Assembly: GCF_004353825.1 (NCBI RefSeq)
Contig: NZ_SMNA01000002.1
Span: forward strand, 558,001 to 582,751
Direction of reading: 5' to 3'
From: Occultella glacieicola
Lineage (GTDB): Bacteria; Actinomycetota; Actinomycetes; Actinomycetales; Beutenbergiaceae
Length of the DNA: 24,751 nucleotides
Shown here piece by piece: positions 1-9,134 of this stretch; positions within the stretch are counted from its first letter, which is position 1; the number at the start of each line of letters is the position of its first letter. The notes under the pieces were generated by a model. It made no database searches, was not told the origin of the DNA, and saw only the letters and a list, made by a program, of their open reading frames with translations. The position numbers and the translations under genes were made by a program.

Positions 1-723
1 GATCGCACCTGGATCGACGGTCCCCTGCTCGGGTTCGACACCGAGACCACGGGCGTCAACCCGTTCAAGGACAGGATCGTCAGCGCCGCCCTGGTGGGAC
101 GCGGTCGCCGGGGCACCGAGCAGCGCACCTGGCTGATCGACCCGGGCGTCGAGATCCCCGAGGAGGCGGCGGCGATCCATGGCATCTCCACCGCGCACGC
201 CCGCGAGCGCGGCATGGACCCGGCCACGGCCCTGGCGCAGATCTCCGCCGAGCTCGTGGCCGCGTTCCGGCACGGGGTTCCGGTCGTGGCCTTCAACGCC
301 TCGTTCGACCTGACCATCATCGAGCGGGAGCTCGAGCGGCACGGCCTGGTCACGATCGGTGAGCGGCTCGGCAGTCCGCTCGCTCCCGTCCTCGACCCGC
401 TGGTGCTGGATCGTGGGCTCGACCGGCACCGGCTGGGCAAGCGCAAGCTCGTCGACCTCTGCGGGCACTACGGCGTGCAGGAGCGGGGCGAGCTGCACAC
501 CGCCGACGTGGACGTGGCGGCCACCCTGGACGTCCTCGCGGAGCAGACCAGGCGCCACCCCGGCCTGGCGGACCGGTCGCTGCCCGAACTGCAGCGCTGG
601 CAGACCGAGCAGCACCGGTCCTGGGCCGAGGACGTGAACGCCGACCGCGCCGACAAGGGACTACCGGGTGCGATCACGCTCGAGTGGCCGCTGTGCACGG
701 TTCCGGAGACGATGACCGCCTGA
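1..723 (+). CDS. DEDDh 3'-5' exonuclease (DnaQ/DNA polymerase III epsilon-like), 5'-truncated by the window edge
   Basis: Frame 1 is open from base 1 (DRTWIDGPLLGFDTETTG..., ExoI D-x-E), then FNASFD (ExoII) and HTADVD (ExoIII); stop TGA 721-723. The ORF-track start at 94 is internal. Confidence 0.88.
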   Translation, partial: DRTWIDGPLLGFDTETTGVNPFKDRIVSAALVGRGRRGTEQRTWLIDPGVEIPEEAAAIHGISTAHARERGMDPATALAQISAELVAAFRHGVPVVAFNASFDLTIIERELERHGLVTIGERLGSPLAPVLDPLVLDRGLDRHRLGKRKLVDLCGHYGVQERGELHTADVDVAATLDVLAEQTRRHPGLADRSLPELQRWQTEQHRSWAEDVNADRADKGLPGAITLEWPLCTVPETMTA

Positions 724-761
724 GACCGCGCCAAGATCGAGGGGCGTCCCGGCCCGGCGGG

Positions 762-2297
<1,536 letters not shown>

Positions 2298-2300
<3 letters not shown>

Positions 2301-3299
2301 ACCGTCACCTGCCGGGTTCCCGGTGTGAGGTGCCTCGCTCAGGAGGGCCTCGATCTCGTGCACCGCGCCGGCGAGGGTACGGGCCCGGTGCACGTCCGGG
2401 ATGTCCGCGGCGATCCGGGCATGCGAGATCACGAACACATGCCCGCCGGTGGCGCTCACGCTGGCGGCGACCTCGGCTGCCCCGTCGGGTTCACCGAGGA
2501 TGACGACCATGCGCATGCCGCGCCGGCGCACGACCGCGAGGGCCTCGTCGGTGCTGCGGGTGCGAGGTCGGACGACCCGGGTGGGCAGGCCTCGGTGGCT
2601 GAGCTCACCGGCCAGGACGTGCGACTCCACGACGCTGGCCGCGTCGGTGAGGATCACCACCTCCCCGGCAGTGCCGCTCGCGGTGCTCCCGAACTCCCGG
2701 ACGGCGGCGAGCATCGCCCCCCGGAGCACGATCTCCGGGTCGTGCCCGGGCCGGTCGGCGTTGTCACGACCGGCCAGGAGCTCGAGAGCAGGGAGCACGA
2801 GCGTGCGCCACGCGCCCAGGAGCGAGGTGCCGAGCGCGGACCGGCGGACCAGGCGCCGGACCCGGCCCTCGTCGGACTCAACGGCCGCAGCCGCGAGGGA
2901 CAGCGGGTCGACGATCTCCAGCGTGGGCCCGTCATCGAGATCCGAGCTGGCCAGCCCCGCGACCTCCTGCGTGCCGGCGTACGAGTGGCCATCACGGTGC
3001 TCGGCATCTGCGGACAGGTCGACGGAGGAGAGCGCACTCCGGGTCGCGAGCTTCGCGGCGTCCGCCGGCGCCACGCCCTCGAGGGTGAGCCGCCGCATCG
3101 TCTCCAGCCGGCTGATGTCGCTGGCGTTGTAGCGCCGGTGACTTCCCGCGGTGTGCCCGGAGGGCCCGAGTCCGTAGCGACGGTCCCAGGTCCGCAGCGT
3201 CGGCGCGGCGACTCCGAGACGCGCGGCGACCGCGGCGACCGTCAGACGGATGCCGTCATCGGAACCCGAGGCATCTGATCGTGAACGGGCCGCCACCAC
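2298..3299 (-). CDS. MerR-family regulator with CarH-like architecture (HTH, helical bundle, degenerate Rossmann-like domain)
   Basis: LTVAAVAARLGVAAPTLRTWDRRYGL...GSHRRY MerR HTH; SD AAGGGGAG precedes tandem GTG GTG (3299 or 3296); the ORF-track start at 3455 runs into the whiB promoter and is unlikely. Confidence 0.85.
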
Positions 3300-3412
3300 C
3301 GGTACTCCCCTTCGCTCGTGTCGGCCGCGAATCGGCCTGCCTATCGAGGGTAAGCGGCCCGCTGGGATCGAACAACTTTTGCCACGCCGGATGAACCAGT
3401 TCTGGAAGGGTC

Positions 3413-3441
3413 TTGAATAACTTCTGAAGCGGTTGTACGTT
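3413..3441 (+). promoter_or_regulatory. Putative sigma70-type promoter of whiB3 (TTGAAT-N17-TACGTT)
   Basis: -35 at 3413-3418, -10 at 3436-3441, 17-bp spacer, in a locally AT-richer intergenic region. Confidence 0.6.
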
Positions 3442-3488
3442 GTCCACATCAGCATGAACGCTCAAACGCATCGACGGAAGGACCTACC

Positions 3489-3782
3489 GTGGCTGAACTA
3501 TCCCGGCTCCCCGGACCAGTGATGGATCTTTGGGAGTGGCAGTACGAGGGGGCCTGTCGGGACGTCGGAACCGAGCAGTTCTTCCACCCCGAGGGGGAGC
3601 GGGGGTCGTCGCGTCGCCGCCGTGACGCCGGCGCCAAGGCGGTCTGCGCCACCTGCCCCGTGATCCGGCAGTGCCGGGAGCACGCCCTGCAGGTGCGCGA
3701 GCCGTACGGGGTCTGGGGCGGCCTCTCCGAGGATGACCGCGCCGCGATCCTGGCGAACGAGCACGTGGCCGCGGCGAGTTGA
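3489..3782 (+). CDS. whiB3: WhiB-family Fe-S transcription factor, WhiB3/WhiD type
   Basis: LPGP..D.W.WQ..G.C, FFHPEGERG, C-x2-C-x5-C, EPYGVWGGLSE; GGAAGGA SD-like sequence before GTG 3489. Confidence 0.9.
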   Translation: MAELSRLPGPVMDLWEWQYEGACRDVGTEQFFHPEGERGSSRRRRDAGAKAVCATCPVIRQCREHALQVREPYGVWGGLSEDDRAAILANEHVAAAS

Positions 3783-3807
3783 CCGGCCCGGCCACTCGAA
3801 CGAAACG

Positions 3808-3845
3808 ACGAAGGCTCGGCCCCCGATCGGGGGCCGAGCCTTCGT
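3808..3845. terminator. Bidirectional intrinsic terminator between convergent whiB3 and groES
   Basis: ACGAAGGCTCGGCCCCC-GATC-GGGGGCCGAGCCTTCGT: 17-bp perfect arms; T-containing tails on both strands. Confidence 0.85.
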
Positions 3846-3861
3846 GTGCGTCAGGCGCGGG

Positions 3862-4158
3862 TCACTTCTCGACGATCGCGAGGATGTCGCGCGCGGACAG
3901 GATGAGGAACTCCTCGCCCGCGTACTTCACCTCGGTGCCGCCGTACTTGCTGTAGATCACCGTGTCGCCCACGGCGACGTCCAGCGGGACGCGGTTGCCG
4001 TTGTCGTCGACGCGGCCCGGGCCGATGGCCAGGACCTCGCCCTCCTGGGGCTTCTCCTTGGCGGTGTCCGGGATGACGAGTCCGGACGCGGTGGTCTGCT
4101 CGGCCTCGAGCGTCTTGACGACGATCCGGTCCTCGAGCGGCTTGATGGAGACCGACAC
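3862..4158 (-). CDS. groES: Co-chaperonin GroES (Cpn10)
   Basis: [48 protein letters not shown] before GTG. Confidence 0.98.
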   Translation of the reverse strand: MSVSIKPLEDRIVVKTLEAEQTTASGLVIPDTAKEKPQEGEVLAIGPGRVDDNGNRVPLDVAVGDTVIYSKYGGTEVKYAGEEFLILSARDILAIVEK

Positions 4159-4298
4159 TGCGGACCTCCCCTTCGCATGAGTGTGTTGAACAGGACAGTG
4201 TTACCCGCAGCCCCTGGCCGAGTCCGCCGTCGCGGGGGTCGGACGCCACCTGAGTCTGCAAGGGAACGCTGCACCTCGCGATGCAGCCTTCACCACAA

Positions 4299-4327
4299 AA
4301 TCTAGGCGGCGATTAGCACTCGGTCAA
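4299..4327 (-). promoter_or_regulatory. groES promoter TTGACC-N17-TAGATT
   Basis: -35 at 4327-4322, -10 at 4304-4299, 17-bp spacer; -35 lies in the CIRCE spacer. Confidence 0.75.
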
Positions 4328-4339
4328 GGTGAGTGCTAA
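4313..4339. promoter_or_regulatory. CIRCE element (HrcA operator)
   Basis: Exact consensus TTAGCACTC-N9-GAGTGCTAA upstream of groES. Confidence 0.97.
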
Positions 4340-4384
4340 GCCGTGAGCGCAAATCGTGGGCGCCGCCTCCGGCGCTCGAGCGGC

Positions 4385-5785
4385 TCACGCTCCGACGGCA
4401 GCCCGGAATTGGGCGCGCGAGCGCCCGATCTCCTCGAGGAGGGCGAACTCGTCCTGGCGGGCCCGAATCCCGGTGTGCCCGGTGTAGAGGTCCTGGCGCG
4501 CGTACGCGAGCGCGACGGCGGCACGCTGGAACTCCTTCATCGCCTTCGCACCGTTCGGCCCACCCCGGCCGGCCCAGTCCCGTGCCTGCTTGCGGGCCCG
4601 CAGGGAGGACAGCATGTCCACCTCGTGCGGGGCGATCCACCCGGAGGGGATGTACTCGGACAGCCGCGAACGCAGGATCCCGATCTCCTTGCGGCGCAGC
4701 CACACCACGATGAAGGCCCAGACCGCCAGCGGCAGCCAGTTCACGAACACGACCAGGATCACGAGCGTGCCGACTCCGCCACCGAGCGCGGTCGCGAGAC
4801 CGTTCCAGAGGCCGTGCAGAAGGGCTGCGAGCAGGTACCCGATCGGCATCATCCACATCCAGGCGAGCTTGTTCCGGTTCCGCGACGCGAGGCCGAGCGC
4901 GAGTCCCATGCAGGAGGTGTAGATGAGGTGACCGAACGGCGAGACCAGCCCGCGGATGACGAACGTGAACGTCACGGTCTCCTCGTAGACCGCGAAGTAC
5001 TGGATGTTCTCCACGAACGCGAAGGCCGCCGCGATCACCGAGGCGTAGACGATGCCGTCGACCGGGCCGTTGAACTGGCGCCGCCGGAGCAGGAAGATCA
5101 ACAGGAGCCCGAGCCCCTTCCAGAACTCCTCGACGACCGGGGCGCCGAAGATCGCGCTCGCCGAGTCCGGGTCGAGGCCGGTGCCGAGCGCATCCGCGAG
5201 GGCGGGGCCGACCACGGAGTTCAGCAGGCTGGACATGAACACGGCCACGCCGCCGCCCCAGACGAACGCCACGATGAGCAACAGCCGCGGCTCGGGTTCC
5301 CATCGGTCCACGAGAAGGACGGTGGATCCGACGATCAGCAGCGGGATCAGCGCAAGCACGAACGCCTGGAATGTCGAACCGGTCCCGAAGGACAACGTGA
5401 ACAGGAACACGACGAACAGCAGGGCAGCCACACCGACCGAGAGCAGGACCACCTCCGCCGCGATCCGGCGGCGCCGCATCGGGGCGGGCGGGTGCACCGG
5501 CATGAACTGGTTCTGCGGCATCGGCGCGTACTGGGCCGACGGCGCGGCAACGGTCGGCTGCGACGGGGCGGCGCCGTATCCGTATCCGGGTTGGCCGTAC
5601 CCCTGTGGGGCGTAGCCCTGGTGGGGGTGTGGTTGCTGGCCCTGCGGGTACTGCTGTTGGCCGGGTCCGGGCTGTTGTGGGTAACCCTGCTGACCGGGTC
5701 CGGGCTGCTGTGGGTGACCCTGCTGACCCTGCGCGGGCTGCTGTGGGTACCCCTGCCCGGACTGCGGGAACTGTTGATTGCTCAC
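4385..5785 (-). CDS. PrsW-family intramembrane glutamic/metalloprotease with Q/P/G-rich N-terminus
   Basis: Motifs VVEEFWKG, FAFVEN, PFGH, LHGLWN; multiple hydrophobic helices; DRWEPEP; start chosen at GTG 5785 (MSNQQ...) downstream of TAGCGT. Confidence 0.88.
   Translation of the reverse strand: MSNQQFPQSGQGYPQQPAQGQQGHPQQPGPGQQGYPQQPGPGQQQYPQGQQPHPHQGYAPQGYGQPGYGYGAAPSQPTVAAPSAQYAPMPQNQFMPVHPPAPMRRRRIAAEVVLLSVGVAALLFVVFLFTLSFGTGSTFQAFVLALIPLLIVGSTVLLVDRWEPEPRLLLIVAFVWGGGVAVFMSSLLNSVVGPALADALGTGLDPDSASAIFGAPVVEEFWKGLGLLLIFLLRRRQFNGPVDGIVYASVIAAAFAFVENIQYFAVYEETVTFTFVIRGLVSPFGHLIYTSCMGLALGLASRNRNKLAWMWMMPIGYLLAALLHGLWNGLATALGGGVGTLVILVVFVNWLPLAVWAFIVVWLRRKEIGILRSRLSEYIPSGWIAPHEVDMLSSLRARKQARDWAGRGGPNGAKAMKEFQRAAVALAYARQDLYTGHTGIRARQDEFALLEEIGRSRAQFRAAVGA
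5661..5759. repeat. Three imperfect 33-bp tandem repeats in the prsW 5' end (QQGxPQQPGPG)
   Basis: Units 5661-5693, 5694-5726 (2 differences from the first) and 5727-5759 (more diverged). Confidence 0.85.
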
Positions 5786-5870
5786 GCGCCCACACGCTAG
5801 CGGCTCCCCAGGGTGCTCGGGCACGAACGCGCGGGCAGAACTGCCCTCGGTTCGGTGGGAGGATCGACCC

Positions 5871-7067
5871 GTGGATCCCCGTCACCTGAGCCTGCTGCTC
5901 TCGCCGGACGGGTGGGCGCTGCTCTCCCGCCTGCCCCCCTACGACGAGGACCAGACCCTGCGGCTCTCCGAGGGCCTGCGCGCCCGCGGTCTCGACCCGG
6001 ACCTGATCGCGGCGGCCCTGACCCAGAGCCGGCTGCGCGCTCGCGCGGAGGCGAAGTTCGGCGAGTTCGCCCGGGACATGCTGTTCACGCCCGACGGCCT
6101 CGAGCAGGCCACCCGGCTCCCGGTGGCCGCGCTCCACGCCGCCCGGTATGCCCGTGCGGGTTCGCTCCGGGTGGCCGATCTCGGCTGTGGGCTCGGCGGT
6201 GACGCCATGGCACTGGCCGGGCTGGGCGTGCAGGTCCTCGCCGTGGAGCAGGACGAGGCGACGGCGGCGATCGCCACGGTGAACCTGCGCGCCTTCCCGG
6301 AGGCGACCGTGCGGCACGCCGACGCGATGTCGCTCGATCTCGCCGCCGAGGGCGTCGATGCCCTGTTCGCGGACCCGGCCCGACGCACCCGGCGGGGCAA
6401 CCGGGTGTTCGACCCGAGCGCCTACTCCCCGGATCTCGACTCGCTCCTGGCGCTGCGCGAGCAGGTCCCCGACCTGGGCCTGAAGGTCGGGCCCGGGATC
6501 CCCTACCAGGCCCTGCCCTCGCAGACCCATGCCCAGTGGGTCTCCGTGGACTCCTCCGTGGTGGAGGCCGGCCTCTGGTACGGCCGCCTGGCCCCCGAGG
6601 GCTCCGGTCGCAGCGCGCTGGTCATCCGCGGCACGGACCAGCACCTGCTGTCCTGGCCCGGCGACGCGGACGCCCGGGCCGAGCAGGCCCCGACCGGCGA
6701 CCTCGGCGCCTACCTGTACGAACCCGACGGCGCCGTGATCCGTGCCGGTCTCGTGGCCCGGGTCGCCGCCGAGCTCGAGGGGACCCTGGTCGACGAGTCG
6801 ATCGCGTACGTGACGACCGGAAGCCGGCGCACGACCCCGTTCGCGACCTGCTACCGCATCCTGGACAGCTTCGACTTCGGGCTCAAGCGGCTCCGGTCCT
6901 ACCTGCGCACCCGCGACGTGGGGCGAGCGACCATCAAGAAGCGAGGCACCGCCGTCGTCCCCGAGCAGTTGCGGCAGCAACTTGCCCTCAAGGGCCCGAA
7001 CGAGGCGACGATCGTGCTCACCCGGCTGCGCGGGCGGCAGAGCGTGCTCGTCGTCGAACCGGTCTGA
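5871..7067 (+). CDS. Class I SAM-dependent methyltransferase with C-terminal THUMP-like domain
   Basis: FTPDGLEQAT, VADLGCGLGGDA (motif I), FADPARR, LYEPDGAVIRAGL, IKKRG; GTG 5871 follows TGG-GAGGAT-N6. Confidence 0.85.
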   Translation: MDPRHLSLLLSPDGWALLSRLPPYDEDQTLRLSEGLRARGLDPDLIAAALTQSRLRARAEAKFGEFARDMLFTPDGLEQATRLPVAALHAARYARAGSLRVADLGCGLGGDAMALAGLGVQVLAVEQDEATAAIATVNLRAFPEATVRHADAMSLDLAAEGVDALFADPARRTRRGNRVFDPSAYSPDLDSLLALREQVPDLGLKVGPGIPYQALPSQTHAQWVSVDSSVVEAGLWYGRLAPEGSGRSALVIRGTDQHLLSWPGDADARAEQAPTGDLGAYLYEPDGAVIRAGLVARVAAELEGTLVDESIAYVTTGSRRTTPFATCYRILDSFDFGLKRLRSYLRTRDVGRATIKKRGTAVVPEQLRQQLALKGPNEATIVLTRLRGRQSVLVVEPV

Positions 7068-7135
7068 GTCGTCCGAGCGGTGAGTGGTGCGCGCGATGGT
7101 GGGCACGCCCCGAACCCAGGTGCCAAGATGAGCCG

Positions 7136-8284
7136 GTGACGATCGAGTTCGCGAGTTCGGCCCGCTCCAGCCTCGGCGTGGAGTGGGAACTGGCCCTCGT
7201 CGACACCGACTCCGGGGACCTGCGCCAGGTGGCGCAGACGGTCCTCGACGCGGTCGCGCCGGCGGACGGCTCGCAGCACCCGGCGATCCGCCAGGAGCTC
7301 CTGCTGAACACGGTCGAGGTCGTCTCCGGGGTGCGCACCACGGTGTCGGACGCCATGGCGGACCTCGCCGCGGGCACGGCGCTCGTGCGCGAGGTCACCG
7401 ATCCGCTGCGGGTGGAGCTGATGAGCGCCGGCACCCACCCGTCCGCGCACTGGGGCAACCAGAAGGTGACGGACAAGGCCCGCTACGCCACCCTGATCGA
7501 CCGCACCCAGTGGTGGGGTCGGCAGATGCTGATCTACGGGGTGCACGTGCACGTCGGAATCGAGGACCGGGACAAGGTGCTCCCGATCCTGAACGCGCTG
7601 CTCGCCTACTACCCGCACCTGCTCGCCCTCTCGGCGTCGTCGCCGTTCTGGGACGGCCGGGACACCGGGTACGCGTCCAACCGCGCGCTGCTGTTCCAAC
7701 AGCTGCCGACGGCGGGGCTCCCGTTCACGACGATCGGCACCTGGGCGGAGCTCGAGCACTACGTCGGGGACATGCTGCACACCGGCGTCATCGACGAGTT
7801 CGACGAGATCCGGTGGGACCTGCGCCCCTCCCCCAAGTTCGGCACCCTCGAGATGCGCATCTGCGACGGCATCTCGAACGCGCTCGAACTCGGTGCGATC
7901 GCCGCCCTGACCCACTGCCTCGTGGAGCACCTGTCCCGACTCATCGACGCCGGCGAGCCCCTGCCGAGCATCTCGCCCTGGTTCCTCGCCGAGAACAAGT
8001 GGCGTTCGGCCCGGTACGGGCTCGAGGCCATCGTGATCCTCGACGAGGACGGCACCGAGGAACTGGTCACCGACCACCTCGACCGCCTGCTGGGCACCCT
8101 GGCCCCGGTCGCCGCGGACCTCGGCTGCGTGGCGGAGCTCGAGGGGGTCCGCGAACTCATCGCGAGCGGCGGCTCCTACCGGCGCCAGCGCGCCGTGGCC
8201 GCGCGCCACGGCGGGGCCTTGGATGCGGTGGTGGCACACCTGGTCGCCGAGTTCCGGGCCGGCCGGCCGCTGCCGGTGGACTGA
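7136..8284 (+). CDS. YbdK/GCS2-family carboxylate-amine ligase (putative glutamate-cysteine ligase 2)
   Basis: LGVEWEL, ELLLNTVE, GTHP, GVHVHVG, SASSPFW, WDLRPSPKFGTLEMRICD, ENKWRSARYG; GTG 7136 follows TGC-CAAGAT-N6. Confidence 0.9.
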   Translation: MTIEFASSARSSLGVEWELALVDTDSGDLRQVAQTVLDAVAPADGSQHPAIRQELLLNTVEVVSGVRTTVSDAMADLAAGTALVREVTDPLRVELMSAGTHPSAHWGNQKVTDKARYATLIDRTQWWGRQMLIYGVHVHVGIEDRDKVLPILNALLAYYPHLLALSASSPFWDGRDTGYASNRALLFQQLPTAGLPFTTIGTWAELEHYVGDMLHTGVIDEFDEIRWDLRPSPKFGTLEMRICDGISNALELGAIAALTHCLVEHLSRLIDAGEPLPSISPWFLAENKWRSARYGLEAIVILDEDGTEELVTDHLDRLLGTLAPVAADLGCVAELEGVRELIASGGSYRRQRAVAARHGGALDAVVAHLVAEFRAGRPLPVD

Positions 8285-8302
8285 GCCGGCACCCGGTCGG
8301 TC

Positions 8303-8689
8303 CTAGGCGCTCGCCTGCAGCCGCGCGTGGGCGGCCCGGCCGCGGATCCACAGCACGGCCAGGATCACGAACCCGAGCCCCACGCACGCCGGCACCACGA
8401 ACCCCCAGACGCCGCCGGTCACGGAGCCGGCCCGGAACAGGTCCGTGATCAGGGTTGCCCACAGGGGCGCACCGATGATCAGCGGCAGCCCGAGCACCGC
8501 CAGGGAACGCTCGGCCGGTGTCCACAGCGGCGAGGCGGCGACGAGGACGATGCCGGCCAGCAGCAGCACGAGCGGGTAGACGAACACCGCGAGCAGGGCG
8601 CCCGCGCCGATCGACAGCAGCGCGACCGGTGGCACCCAGGCGCCGGCCAGTCGTGGCGTTCGCGTCGTCGGGCTCGGATCGGTTCCCAT
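8303..8689 (-). CDS. Small hypothetical membrane protein (about 4 TM helices)
   Basis: 128 aa with long hydrophobic segments and S-P-L-W-T-P-A-E-R loop; fills the gap between two confident genes. Confidence 0.7.
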   Translation of the reverse strand: MGTDPSPTTRTPRLAGAWVPPVALLSIGAGALLAVFVYPLVLLLAGIVLVAASPLWTPAERSLAVLGLPLIIGAPLWATLITDLFRAGSVTGGVWGFVVPACVGLGFVILAVLWIRGRAAHARLQASA

Positions 8690-8744
8690 CTCGAGGCCAC
8701 ACGCTAGTGCCTCGGCCGGGCCTCTATTCGATCTCGGCCACTAC

Positions 8745-8773
8745 TTGTCAATACCGAATAGCTGGCGTAGTCT
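8745..8773 (+). promoter_or_regulatory. sigma70-type promoter of padR (TTGTCA-N17-TAGTCT), leaderless
   Basis: -35 8745-8750, -10 8768-8773, ATG 7 nt later at 8781. Confidence 0.75.
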
Positions 8774-8780
8774 CATTCGC

Positions 8781-9134
8781 ATGGAGCCCGAAGCGCCGCT
8801 GGTGCGCGACCCGCAACTCCTCAAGGGGGTGCTGCCGATGCTGGTCCTGGCGCTGCTCGAGGGGGACGAGTCCTATGGCTACGAACTCGTCACCCGGCTG
8901 CATGGCGCCGGACTGACCGGCGTCGCCACCGGAACCGTGTACCCCGTCCTGACCCGCCTGGAGCGCGACGGGCACCTCGCCTCGCGTCTGGTCGCCTCGG
9001 ACGCGGGGCCCGCCCGCAAGTACTACCGCCCCACCGACGCCGGCCGCGCGGCCCTCGCCGTCGCGAACGCGAGTTGGCACTCGCTCGCCGCCGTCGTCGA
9101 TCACGTGCTCGCCGCCCCCGAGGAGGAACGATGA
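8781..9134 (+). CDS. PadR-family transcriptional regulator
   Basis: QLLKGVL.MLVL, SYGYEL, GTVYPVLTRLE, GPARKYYRPTDAG, C-terminal W. Confidence 0.93.
   Translation: MEPEAPLVRDPQLLKGVLPMLVLALLEGDESYGYELVTRLHGAGLTGVATGTVYPVLTRLERDGHLASRLVASDAGPARKYYRPTDAGRAALAVANASWHSLAAVVDHVLAAPEEER

Noticed and set aside
3808..3845. 38-bp perfect palindrome as a REP/MITE or recombination site
   Set aside because: Single copy in the window with no target duplication; its position between convergent genes explains it as a terminator.
4302..7106. 934-aa minus-strand ORF and many other long overlapping or antisense ORFs (e.g. 684-1958, 4343-5800, 12084-13670, 14647-16359)
   Set aside because: Shadow frames of well-supported genes; stop codons are rare at this GC content and the translations are R/G/P/A-rich or motif-free.
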